Source: Novakomyces olei
Lineage: Eukaryota
Direction of reading: 5' to 3'
Length of the DNA: 64,000 bases
Assembly (NCBI GenBank): GCA_016906335.1
Contig: JADEYG010000015.1
Span: forward strand, 744,001-808,000
Shown: piece after piece, positions 47,687 through 58,874 of the stretch
Layout of the letters: each line of letters begins with the position of its first letter
How positions within the stretch are numbered: the first letter of the stretch is position 1
Made by a program: the position numbers and the translations under genes
The notes under the pieces: model-generated
Told to the model about the DNA's origin: nothing
The model's database searches: none
What the model saw: the letters and a program-made list of their open reading frames with translations, nothing else

Positions 47687-47882
47687 ATATATTTATATTT
47701 GCATATTGGCTGATTAATTAACATTAAACAACAATTAAATAACAATTAAATAACAATTAAATTCGTTTGTAAGCGTACAACGTTACTCCACGCCATTTGT
47801 CAATCTTTATTTAATTATATTAAGATAATTCGCATACTAAAGACATCAACCATCTAATCGGCCGGCTGAGACATTTCAGCGA

Positions 47883-49356
47883 ATGGCAGACGCCCAAGTT
47901 GGAAGGATATGCGTCGTTGGCGCCGGCCCCGTAGGATGTTTAGCCGCGCTGATGCTTGCGCATGAAGGTTTCCAAGTCACTGTAATAGAGTCGCGGTCGG
48001 GTAAGATTTGTAGTATACTAATATTAACTAACCAAAGATCCACGAGCACAGCAAAATACAGGGGATGGACGCCGCTCGATAAACCTCAACATCTCTGCGC
48101 GTGGAATAACTGCGCTTGAGGCAGTGGACCAAGTAATGGCCGCGCGTATACTGGAACACGCTGTGCCGATGAAGGCGCGGATGATCCATACACGGTCGGG
48201 TGAATGTGAATCACAGCTCTACGGTGTTCATGGCGAATGGATAAACTCGATAAGCCGATCCTTTTTAAACAACCGTTTACTGGATGAAATTGAAAGGCTA
48301 CAGACGGATGAAAAAGCGTATGCTCAGATTGATCTAGAGTTTGATCGAAAAGTCAGGGCAATTGATCTTGAGGCAGAAGGCGGTGTCAGCATAAGTAGTG
48401 TCAGCAAATCTGGAGAAAGTACTGTCCAGACTTTTGCGTCTGTCATTGGTGCAGATGGAGCTTTTTCACGTGTTCGGGCAGCGCTTCTGCGTGTAGCACG
48501 TGTGGACTTTTCGCAGGAGTATATTCCTCATGCTTACATGGAACTGCATATACCAGCGGGCCAAGGGAAGCCTCCCTGCTTCCAACTCGACCCTAATCAT
48601 CTCCATATTTGGCCTCGGCACGAATTCATGCTTATTGCCTTGCCCAACCGTGATGGCTCTTTTACGAGTACTCTGTTCGCTCCTTACGGCGTGTTTGACA
48701 AGTTCAGAACGGCTCAAGACATGGTTGAGTTCTTCCGGCAGCAGTTTCCCGATGCATTGGCGCTGATGGGTGAGGCGCATATTGAACACGCCTTTCGTGT
48801 AAATCCACGGCCGCCGCTGCTCACAGTGCGAACGAGTCAGTATAACTATGGCGGCCGTCTTTTGATTCTAGGAGACGCGGCTCATTGTATGGTGCCGTTT
48901 TACGGACAGGGCATGAATTGTGGGTTCGAGGACGTGCGAATTCTGCAGAAACTGTTACGGCACAGCGCGATTGGAGGCAGCCAAAGTCTAAATGAAGGTG
49001 GCGGCAAACTTCAACAATTAGGATCTGTTTTTAATGAATTTACTCGCCAACGCAGGCCAGACGTGGAGGCAATTACAAAATTAGCTATGGATAATTATGT
49101 GGAAATGAGGCACTCCGTCGTATCACCGCTTTATCGCGCACGGAAACGGTTGGACGGTTTACTCTGCCGGATACTAAATGATCGATGGCTCCCACTTTAT
49201 ACAATGGTGAGCTTCCGGCCGGATATTCCTTATAGTATAGCTCTAGCTCGAGAGCAATGGCAGCGTCGATTTCTTGAGCGCGTCATGCGCGGGATCCTTT
49301 TGGGCACGGGGTTCTTGCTGTGGGTTTTTCGGAAAAGGATTGCCCGTACAGCGTGA
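47883..49356 (+). CDS. BNA4: Kynurenine 3-monooxygenase
   Basis: GAGPVG FAD motif; intron 48001-48037 (AAG acceptor); RSINLNISARG, HLHIWPR, GDAAHCMVPFYGQGMNCGFED. Confidence 0.95.
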
Positions 49357-49556
49357 ACGTAAAACTTTATTATGAGCTGGTTATGCCGCGGTGCAAAGGC
49401 AACTGATCCAGGCATACGATTGCTCTAAAAAGTCTACAAATCTACTGATAGGCACAACTAAACATTGTGTTGTTATCAGCCTACTCACCAAACGAGGATT
49501 GAAAAACAAAATAGTACATATTCTAGACCATAATCTAACTTTGAACAACATTTAAT

Positions 49557-49754
49557 CTATGAAATACTACAGCCTTTAGGCAGGCCACAAGGCCCGCTTT
49601 CAGGCTCCTTTTCAGTGTCAAACGGTTCCGCTGGGTTTGCAGTATTAGTGTCTTTGCTCTGAGCCGTTTGCACAGGAGCAGCGGATGAAGGAAGGGGAGC
49701 GTCAACGGTATTCTTATCGCCGTCGTTATTACCAGACTTTTCGCCCGAGCGTAG
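49557..49754 (-). CDS. Putative cryptic in-frame C-terminal extension of the flavodoxin-like gene (65 aa, ending in CaaX CSIS)
   Basis: Hand translation after TAA: LRSGEKSGNNDGDKNTVDAPLPSSAAPVQTAQSKDTNTANPAEPFDTEKEPESGPCGLPKGCSIS then TAG at 49557-49559. Confidence 0.75.
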   Translation of the reverse strand, partial: LRSGEKSGNNDGDKNTVDAPLPSSAAPVQTAQSKDTNTANPAEPFDTEKEPESGPCGLPKGCSIS

Positions 49755-50515
49755 TTATTTCGTAACTGCCTCCACAAAAGACTTGCCCTGGATCTCGCCC
49801 ATTCTCAGTTCGAGCGGCGAAGGCATGCGCGCGCCAGTGCCGCTGGCCAAGGTACCTGCACCCCATGGAGAGCCACCATGAACCTCGTCCAAGGAAGTGA
49901 GCTCAGCAAAAGCCTTGGCGTAACCGAGAGGCACAAAAGAGATACCGTGATGAACAAGTGTAGACATTGTATTAAGGGCCGTTGTTTCCTGTCCTCCGCC
50001 AAGACCACCAGTAGAGACAAAGATACCGGCACGCTTGCCCCACAAAGCGCCCTGGGCCCACAATTGGCCAGTAGAATCCCAGAACGCCTTCCATTGCGCT
50101 GGCATATTACCATAGCGTGTAGGAATTCCAAACAAAAAGTACTCGTACTCTTTCATCGTGTCCGGGGTGGCAATTGGGATTGAAGAGTTTTTTGGTGGAG
50201 CGTGCATTTTGGTCAGAATCTCTTCAGGTAACGTCTCCTGAACCTGGTACAGGTCGGCAATTGCGCCAGCCGATTCCACTCCCTGCAAGGTCAGCCTGCG
50301 CTGAAAACGAAAGAGATGTAACGAAAATGTATTAAATGAATTAAATAAATCATAAAGACGAGGATCAATCTTCAATTGAAACGGAATGATGCAGTTATAG
50401 GTTATGCGGTAACAACAGCGGGTATGGAAGGATAAAGTACCTTTTTCACGCTCTCTGCGAGTTTTTGGATATGGCCATACATAGAGTAGGTGATGATTGC
50501 AACACGGGGAGCCAT
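49755..50515 (-). CDS. WrbA-type flavodoxin-like NAD(P)H:quinone oxidoreductase (Pst2/Ycp4/Obr1 family), 200-aa short form
   Basis: Exon 1 [25 protein letters not shown]; intron 50283-50440 (GTACTT...GCTGACCTTGCAG); [26 protein letters not shown]. Confidence 0.95.
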
Positions 50516-50620
50516 TGCGATTTAATTGCGATTGCTTAAACGAGATAGTGCCGATATACTAGTTTGCCACGAATACTAGCCGGATTCAAGAATGGCATTG
50601 CTCGTGTGTGGGGGTCATTG

Positions 50621-50694
50621 CTTATATAGGCCCGTGATGAGTAATCCTCATGTCAGGATTGATTACTTGAAAGTCTGTCGATCTGTATGAGTAA
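50621..50694 (-). promoter_or_regulatory. TATA box plus two Yap1/Pap1-type elements upstream of the quinone reductase
   Basis: Minus strand TATATAAG at 50621-50628; TTACTCA at 50638-50644 and 50688-50694. Confidence 0.6.
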
Positions 50695-51380
50695 GCATCA
50701 CACTTTTTATCAGATCTGGCAATTAATTATATGGCTCGGACAGATCGCATGTCACGCTTTTATTTATAAAGCAGCCTATCATTTACTCTATTGTTTACCA
50801 GGCATAATATTTATTCGTACTCGGGTAAGAAATTACTTTGAAAGTGGTGTTTATTATACACGAACGGCCACGGGCCTGCTAAACGTCAAATTATTGACAG
50901 TAGAATTTTTGTAATGGTTCGATAGAACTTTTGCATTCATGGTCAGCGTATTCATCCAGGGACATTTTTGCTGATCAAAAGCCAACAGCAATTTAACAAA
51001 CAATGATTTAAACCTTATTCCTTTTATTGTCAAATAGAAGAAAGATAATTTAGGAGGCAATTTTTCTAAAATCGTCACCCAAATTTCTTGAACGACGCAA
51101 GCTAATAGTCAGTAATATTACATGCACAAAGACTCAAAGGCGAGCTTTGATTTTGGCTTTGATTAAAGATACTCGTGTAATAAATAATTATGTACTCGCT
51201 GGGTTAAGTGCGTGATTCTAGCAAACCCTAACTAACAGTGAGTCTTCGCTTCGATGCTACGATTGATTGCAAGTGACATGTTGAGCCAATTAGCCAACGC
51301 AAGAATTTCCCCATGTGACGGTAATCACAAGCGTCTTTATTAGATGAGATACGCTCGACTTCTATTAGCAGTGTGCGCGT

Positions 51381-51520
51381 AATTCAGCAATATAGCAATT
51401 TAGCAATTTAGCAATTCAGCAATATAGCAATTTAGCAATTTAGCAATTTAGCAATTTAGCAATTTAGCAATTTAGCAATTTAGCAATTTAGCAATTTAGC
51501 AATTTAGCAATTTAGCAATT
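51381..51520. repeat. 8-bp repeat (AATTTAGC)n, about 17 copies
   Basis: Visible upstream of CPA2. Confidence 0.93.
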
Positions 51521-51755
51521 TTTCACCATAATTAATACGAAGTAGAAAAGCGTGTTTGATCGTTTGCGTATCTGCACCTTATCAGCACTTTTTAGCAGTA
51601 CCGTTACTTACAGCCCCAAAAAGGTAGCCCGGCGATTTAATATTAAAAGATTCTGAGAGCACACCAGAATAAAGAAAAGAAAAAAAAAAGTTCGAGGTCC
51701 AACTAGCACATATCTCCAATTGCCACCGCGGCATTGCCCCTATTTATTGTAGGCG

Positions 51756-54700
51756 ATGGCTCTGTTGCGTGGCCCGCTGCGTCAATTGACGCAGCGGTTT
51801 ACGAGGCAAGCTGTTTCGCCCTCGCGCGGGCTTTGTACTCTTCCGCAATTGACAAATGGCTCCTTGTACAGAGCGGCGGCAATTCGCTCAAACATGGCAA
51901 GAATCAATGCCACGAGTGGGCTGCGCGGCTATGCGGCCGCAGCAGACGCATCTGTTACCGAAAAATACTACGCCAAGGGCCTCAAGCGCACCGGGAATCT
52001 CGAGCAAGTCAAAAAGGTGCTTGTTGTGGGCAGCGGTGGGCTTAGTATCGGACAAGCCGGGGAGTTTGATTATTCTGGTAGGTTTTGTTAGGGTTTACGA
52101 TTGACCTTTTTGGTGGACAATTGGGTTGGGCATAAATGTTTTTTTCCCTTTGGTCTTTTGATTATAATTTCGTCTTGCACGGTATTTGTGATATCCGTTC
52201 AGTCAACTACTCTCAGCCCCAGCCATTTCTGCTACACTTTTATTGGCCTCTACTTTTTCTCTTGAAACTCAGTGGTCACGTGTTTGCCGCTATGGCCCAG
52301 CCGTTCAGTCAGTTTGATCTTTAATCATACTTTCTCCTTCAGCAAGCTGCTAAACATTTACAGGCTCTCAGGCTATTAAAGCTCTGCGTGAAAGCAACGT
52401 CAAATCGATCCTTGTCAACCCCAACATTGCCACTATTCAAACCTCTCATGTAAGGCTTTTCCAGTATCATGCTTTAAAAAGAAAAAAATGGTGGTAAAAA
52501 ATAATAAAAAATAATACTTCCAATACAACTCTATACAAGGCTAACCGTTACAGCATCTGGCAGACGAAGTCTATTTCATCCCTGTTACTCCCGAGTATGT
52601 TACGTATATCATTGAACGCGAGCGCCCCGACGGAATCCTCCTCACCTTTGGCGGCCAAACTGCGCTCAATATTGGTGTAAATTTGGACAAGATGGGCGTC
52701 TTTGACATGTACAATGTGAAAGTCCTTGGAACGCCCATCAAGACTCTGGAAACTTCGGAAGACCGCGACCTGTTTGCGCGGGCACTGGACGAAATTGAGA
52801 TCCCTATTGCTACTTCTTTCGCCGTAGAATCTGTGGACGAGGCTCTTAAAGCCGCGGACGACATTGGCTACCCGATCATTGTCCGTTCGGCTTACTCCTT
52901 GGGCGGCCTGGGATCTGGTTTTGCAGCGAATCCGGAGCAACTTGAATCCCTGGCAGCTCGGTCCCTTTCTCTCACTCCCCAAATCCTGGTGGAGAAGAGC
53001 CTGAAAGGCTGGAAGGAGGTCGAGTATGAAGTTGTACGCGACGCCGACAACAATTGTATCACTGTGTGTAACATGGAGAACTTTGACCCTCTCGGAATCC
53101 ACACGGGTGACTCTATCGTGGTGGCTCCCTCACAGACGCTTTCCGACGAGGAGTATCACATGCTCCGCACAGCAGCAATAAAGATTATCCGCCACTTGGG
53201 CGTTGTGGGCGAGTGCAATGTGCAGTACGCTTTGGCGCCCTCTGGTTTGGACTATAGGGTGATTGAGGTGAACGCCCGTCTTAGCCGGTCTTCTGCCCTG
53301 GCCTCCAAGGCCACCGGCTACCCTCTGGCCTACACTGCTGCCAAGATTGCCCTGGGCCATACGCTGCCAGAGCTGCCCAATGCTGTGACAAAGACGACTA
53401 CTGCCAATTTTGAGCCCTCCCTGGACTATATCGTCACCAAGATCCCTCGCTGGGACCTGTCCAAGTTCCAGTATGTGGACAGGCACGTTGGCTCTGGCAT
53501 GAAGAGTGTCGGTGAAGTGATGGCCATTGGTCGTACCTTTGAAGAGTCTCTGCAGAAAGCAATCAGACAGGTCGACCCCGCCTTCCGAGGCTTTATGAGT
53601 CTGCCGTTTGAGGACGTTGATACAGTGCTGCAGGAGCCAACTGACCGCCGCCTTTTCGCAGTGGGCAATGCCATGCTGGAAAAAGGCTATTCCATCGACA
53701 AGATCCATGACATGACAAAGATTGACAAATGGTTTTTGCAAAAGCTCGATAATATTGTGCAGGTACGCAATGCTCTGCTGCAAGTCGGGCAAGAAGGCAG
53801 CGGCCTAACCAACTTGTCGTACGACCTGACCCGTACAGCTAAACGGCACGGCTTCTCTGATCTGCAGATAGCCGAGCTGCTGGGCTCTGGAGTGACAGAG
53901 CTGCAGGTCCGTGCTCACCGGCAGGCTCACGGCATTACGCCTATAGTAAAACGCATCGACACACTGGCGGCCGAGTTCCCGGCCAGCACAAACTACCTGT
54001 ACACCACATACAATGCCACGAGCCATGATGTCACCTTCGACGAGCACGGCACAATGGTCCTCGGGTCCGGAGTGTACAGGATCGGGTCGAGTGTCGAGTT
54101 TGATTGGTGCGGAGTCTCCTGCGCTCGAGCTCTGCGCAAAGTGGGCACAAAGACGATAATGGTAAACTACAACCCCGAGACAGTGAGCACAGACTATGAC
54201 GAATCTGAGCGGCTTTATTTCGAGGAACTCGGGTACGAAAGAGTAATGGACATTTACGAGCTGGAGGGCGCTTCTGGTGTCGTTGTCTCTGTCGGGGGAC
54301 AGCTGCCGCAGAATATTGCTCTGCGGCTGCAGCGAGACGGCGGAGCCAACGTGCTCGGCACTGATCCAGCGGATATCGATATGGCAGAGGACAGGCACAA
54401 GTTCAGCAGTGTCCTGGACCGTATCGGCCTGGACCAGCCCGAGTGGGCAGAGCTCACCAGCGTCGACCAGGCTCGGCAGTTTGCCGACAAGGTCGGGTTC
54501 CCTCTCCTCGTCCGGCCGAGCTATGTCCTCTCTGGCGCAGCTATGAGCGTCGTACACGACGCTCATACTCTGGCAGACAAGCTGGAAAACGCAAGTGCCG
54601 TTTCCCCCGACCACCCTGTCGTTCTGACAAAGTTTATACAGGGAGCCCGAGAGATTGACGTGGACGCTGTCGCTCACAAGGGACGATTGCTTGTTCATGC

Positions 54701-55679
54701 TGTCAGTGAGCATATCGAGAACGCTGGTGTCCACTCTGGCGACGCTACTATTGCTCTGCCGCCTTACAGTCTGCCTGCCGCTATTGTGGAGAGGTGCAAG
54801 TCTATTGCAGAGAGAGTGGCCTCTGCTTTTACCATCACTGGTCCTTTTAATATGCAGGTCATCTATGACGAGCAGACGGCCTCGCTTAAAGTCATCGAGT
54901 GCAATCTGCGAGCCTCCCGGTCTTTTCCGTTTGTCAGCAAAGTGCTGGGCTTGAATTTTATCGATGTGGCCACTAAAGCCATCGTGGGCAAGGACGTGCC
55001 TGAGCCTGTAGACCTTATGCAGCAGCCACGGGACTATTGTGCCGTCAAAGTGCCCCAGTTCTCGTGGACCAGGCTGGCTGGCGCTGACCCTTATCTCGGC
55101 GTCGAGATGGCCTCTACCGGCGAAGTAGCCTGCTTTGGCCGGGACGTTCATGAGGCCTACTGGGCCGCCATCCAGTCGACGCAAAACTTTAAAGTGCCGA
55201 TCCCGGGTAACGGGATCCTGCTGGGCGGTGACACTGAGCAGCCAGAGCTTGGGCGTGTAGCCCTTGTCCTGGCGCCTATGGGCTACAACTTGTACACTGC
55301 CAGCCACAGCGTCCGCGACTATATCAACTCTGTGCTAGAGCAGGCACAATCGGCCGTCCGTGCTGAAGCTATCGCTTTCCCTACAACGGACAAGAATGCG
55401 CTGCGAAAGGTGTTTGACGACAAGAAAATCGATGCCGTTATCAATCTGGCCTCTGCCCGTGGCCGAGATCAGCTGGACCAGGATTATGTCATGCGCCGAA
55501 ACGCTGTTGATTTTGGAAGGACACTGATCAACGATGCTAAATGCGCCATCATGTTTGCCGAGTGCCTGCAGCGCGATATTCCTTTTGTCGTTGAGCAGAG
55601 CAAACGCGCCATCGGGAAACGCGAGATCCCTCCTGAAGTCAAGCGGTGGAGCGAATTTACTGCTACTCGCGACCTGTAA
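51756..55679 (+). CDS. CPA2: Arginine-specific carbamoyl-phosphate synthetase large subunit with mitochondrial presequence
   Basis: [24 protein letters not shown]; introns 52078-52363 and 52450-52553; [30 protein letters not shown]. No GATase/ATCase domains, so not URA2. Confidence 0.95.
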
Positions 55680-55754
55680 TCTGCCGGCTTTAGCCTTTGC
55701 TAGTCTTGTCGATTTGATATATATACATTTATCTCGCTTGTAATACAAAACAAT

Positions 55755-56296
55755 AAAACAGAATAGAAATAGAAATGAAATAGAAATAAAATAGAAATAA
55801 AATAGAAATAGAAATAGAAATAAAATAGAAATAAAATAGAAATAAAATAGAAATAAAATAGAAATAAAATAGAAATAAAATAGAAATAAAATAGACATAA
55901 AATAGAAATAAAATAGAAATAGAAATGAAATAGAAATAAAATAGAAATAAAATAGAAATAAAATAGAAATGAAATAGAAATAAAATAGAAATAAAATAGA
56001 AATAGAAATGAAATAGAAATAAAATAGAAATAAAATAGAAATAGAAATGAAATAGAAATGAAATAGAAATATAGAAATATAGAAATATAGAAATATAGAA
56101 ATATAGAAATATAGAAATATAGAAATATAGAAATATAGAAATATAGAAATATAGAAATATAGAAATATAGAAATATAGAAATATAGAAATATAGAATATA
56201 GAATATAGAAATATAGAAATATAGAAATATAGAAATATAGAAATATAGAAATATAGAAATATAGAAATATAGAATATAGAATATAGAAATATAGAA
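55755..56296. repeat. Compound satellite: 11-bp GAAATAAAATA switching to 8-bp GAAATATA
   Basis: Visible between the convergent CPA2 and ERV46 genes. Confidence 0.95.
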
Positions 56297-56614
56297 CAAC
56301 AATACTACTTTATAAATATAAACGAATTATTGATTGCAAAGTTGTGTGCTCGTCTGCAAAACGACTATTCATATTATAAAGTGTACCGTTGTGCGTTTTG
56401 CAACGTCTATGCTTTCGATTTATTTACAGAAGCATTACAGCGTTCGTGCCAAGTAACATTTCTCTTTAGTAGCGATCTTAAATTGCTCTATTCATGATAG
56501 ACTCTTGCCAAAGTCCTTTATCTACAAAAACCGTAGCAGAACGCCATGTTCAGCAATTTAGTCTTTTTCTTTTATCTATAATCTGCAGTGCAGAATCATT
56601 TTGGTATCGTGAAA

Positions 56615-58284
56615 TTACTCCTTTTTAAGGCGCTGCACAGCGTGATGAACGCCTCGGTCGAGCATTGCGAAAAGAGTGACGACTCCACCGAGAACAGCAG
56701 CAACGGCTACAAGTTAGACCACAATCCACAGACTATAAAGGTAACCAACCTGTAACAAACTCGCCAAATGAACGGTTACGCGTTTCTTTTTCAATAATAC
56801 GCATCGGGCTTATATCGTACGCGAAAAATACGCCGGGAATACCGCCTTGCACACCAATATGGGTTGGATTCTTGTTATCACGGCCTCGTAAATCACGTTC
56901 GTGAGCGGTTACGGAGTACGAGTGCGTATCAATACGATCACCCTGCAAAGAAATGACAGAGCGTGAAACGCATTTCAAAAAATAATCGTAGTGTACGCTG
57001 GGAGTATCAGTCAGCTGTTCGAAGCCCGTCAAGGGATCAGCTCCTCCAGGGCCAAGAGACAGCTGGTAAATGTGATGACTAAAATCATGATGCTGACTGC
57101 TGTCTCCACCGAAATAGTCCGCCATATCGTGCACATGCTGGTTCATTTGAGCATTATGGAAGGACCGACCTGGAGCAAAATGAAAATTGCCAATGACCTT
57201 GTTTACATGAAGCACACCGGCAATACTACAGCCTTCTTGTGACTGAGCAAGGTACGATTGCTTGTAATTTTCGCGCTTGCACTGCTCAAAGGCGTCATAG
57301 TCGCCGATGGACCAGCCTGGCATGTAAGTCTGCAAAGTACTCAAAATAAAGAGTAGCCCGTGCTTTCACACGAAAAGTAATTCAAACTCGGCATTAAAGG
57401 AAGATATAACGGCGGTCAAAAACAAAGTTGCAAACAAAACACACGATAAAATAGCACAAAGTATCAGTATAATTACCCTTCTCAGTGTAAGCCTCGCGGA
57501 CGTCTTTACACGTGTTGCAACAGGCAGTAGTCTCACGTGCTCCGTAACAAGGACCGCAATAGTTTTCTGGAAGATCGCCTTCCGACCTAGCTCCGATAGC
57601 TTGTACGATTAGACACGTATACACCATCAAAACATACTCAGAGCCGACGACGATATTACCGCTCCGTCTTTACTCAATCGTGTCTTTATGACATCGTGCG
57701 AAATATCACGCTGGAACTCGCCGGATACGTCCATTACATCGAGACTCAACACTGGATATTTAGCGAGACTTTCTTTTTTTTTTTTTTTCTTCTTTTTTTC
57801 TTCTTCTTTTTTCTTCTTTTTTTCTTCCTTTTTCCCCTCCTTGTTTCCTCTTTTTCTCTTTAGTTTGAATCCAAATCTGCTTCAACTCCTTTCTCTCATC
57901 TTTCAAGCTTACATTCGCAAGGGATGTGGGGAAAAGAGACGTTAAAATTGATGCTAAGCCGCTCGCCTGATTGTTAGTTTTAGAGCAGATCCAAGAATAG
58001 GAAAGAGCGTATAACTCAAATCAAATTGGCCAGCGAGTAGCCGAGCAGTGCAGCAACAGACGGTAACAACTGACGCGACAAATATTCATACCCCTTGTCT
58101 GATCCACGACCAAAGAATCTTGGCGCACAATGCGACGGTAGTCGTTCCATTCAGCAGTACACAATACTCCAATCAGCACAAGCGCTGCGATTGTAAGCAC
58201 ACCGCCAATAGACGTCTTGACCTGTGCATCTTGCACCGTCTTTGAAAATGCGTCGATTCGGCGAATGCCGGTATTGCGACCCAT
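56615..58284 (-). CDS. ERV46: ER-Golgi vesicle protein Erv46/ERGIC3
   Basis: Six exons; introns 57967-58091, 57752-57912, 57600-57637 (AAG acceptor), 57317-57476, 56707-56749. Motifs DAFSKT, LDVMDVSGE, YCGPCYG..CCNTC, EGCSIAG..VNKVIGNFHFAPG, PGVFFAYDISPM. Confidence 0.93.
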
Positions 58285-58874
58285 TTTCTACGGGCAATTG
58301 GTTAGGCTTGGCCGGTGCAGCTAATTAACAATTGAGTTTATTTTCAAACATATAAATCTTTACATAGGACGAAGCATAGCTTACAAATTTGCTACATTGG
58401 ACGGCAATGGATCAATGGCCTTTACGAACAAGAGTGATGACGATTATTTGCTACTGCGATCTATACATCTCGCGGACTGACACGTACGCAGTTCAAATTG
58501 CGCTGTGATTATGTGCGTTAATTTACGTGAATGCGTAAAAAAGGTACTGAAATCTAATCTATAGAAAATGATTAGTACAGCCTCGAGTTAAAAGACTCTT
58601 AATATTAATTATTTTCTAAATTCACAAATAGAAATGAGTCTATTTTGCTCCAACTAATATTTAAAATAAAATTGAAAAATTGTAAAGTGCCGTGTATATA
58701 ATAAAATATAATATAATATAATAAAAAAAATACAATACAATAAAATATAATAAAATAAAATAAAATAAAATACAATATTTTTGACATATATATTTATAAA
58801 ATCTTGATTTAAATAAAATAAAAAGCAAATACCACCTGTTTATTGAGCAGTCTTGTCCCCGCGACAGTTTCAGC

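Noticed and set aside
51540-51755. Arginine attenuator uORF upstream of carbamoyl-phosphate synthetase
   Set aside because: That element belongs to the small-subunit gene (CPA1/arg-2); no such peptide is seen here.
52078-52363. snoRNA in the long CPA2 intron (PWWP intron 63397-63719 also examined)
   Set aside because: No convincing C/D or H/ACA box pair found by eye; an Infernal scan would be needed.
53805-55307. 500-aa antisense ORF, and similar antisense ORFs in BRR2, ZWF1 and the protease
   Set aside because: Shadow ORFs opposite conserved, GC-rich, codon-biased genes; no recognisable motifs.
55335-56302. ORFs of FYFYFISIL-type repeats
   Set aside because: Translations of the GAAATA satellite.
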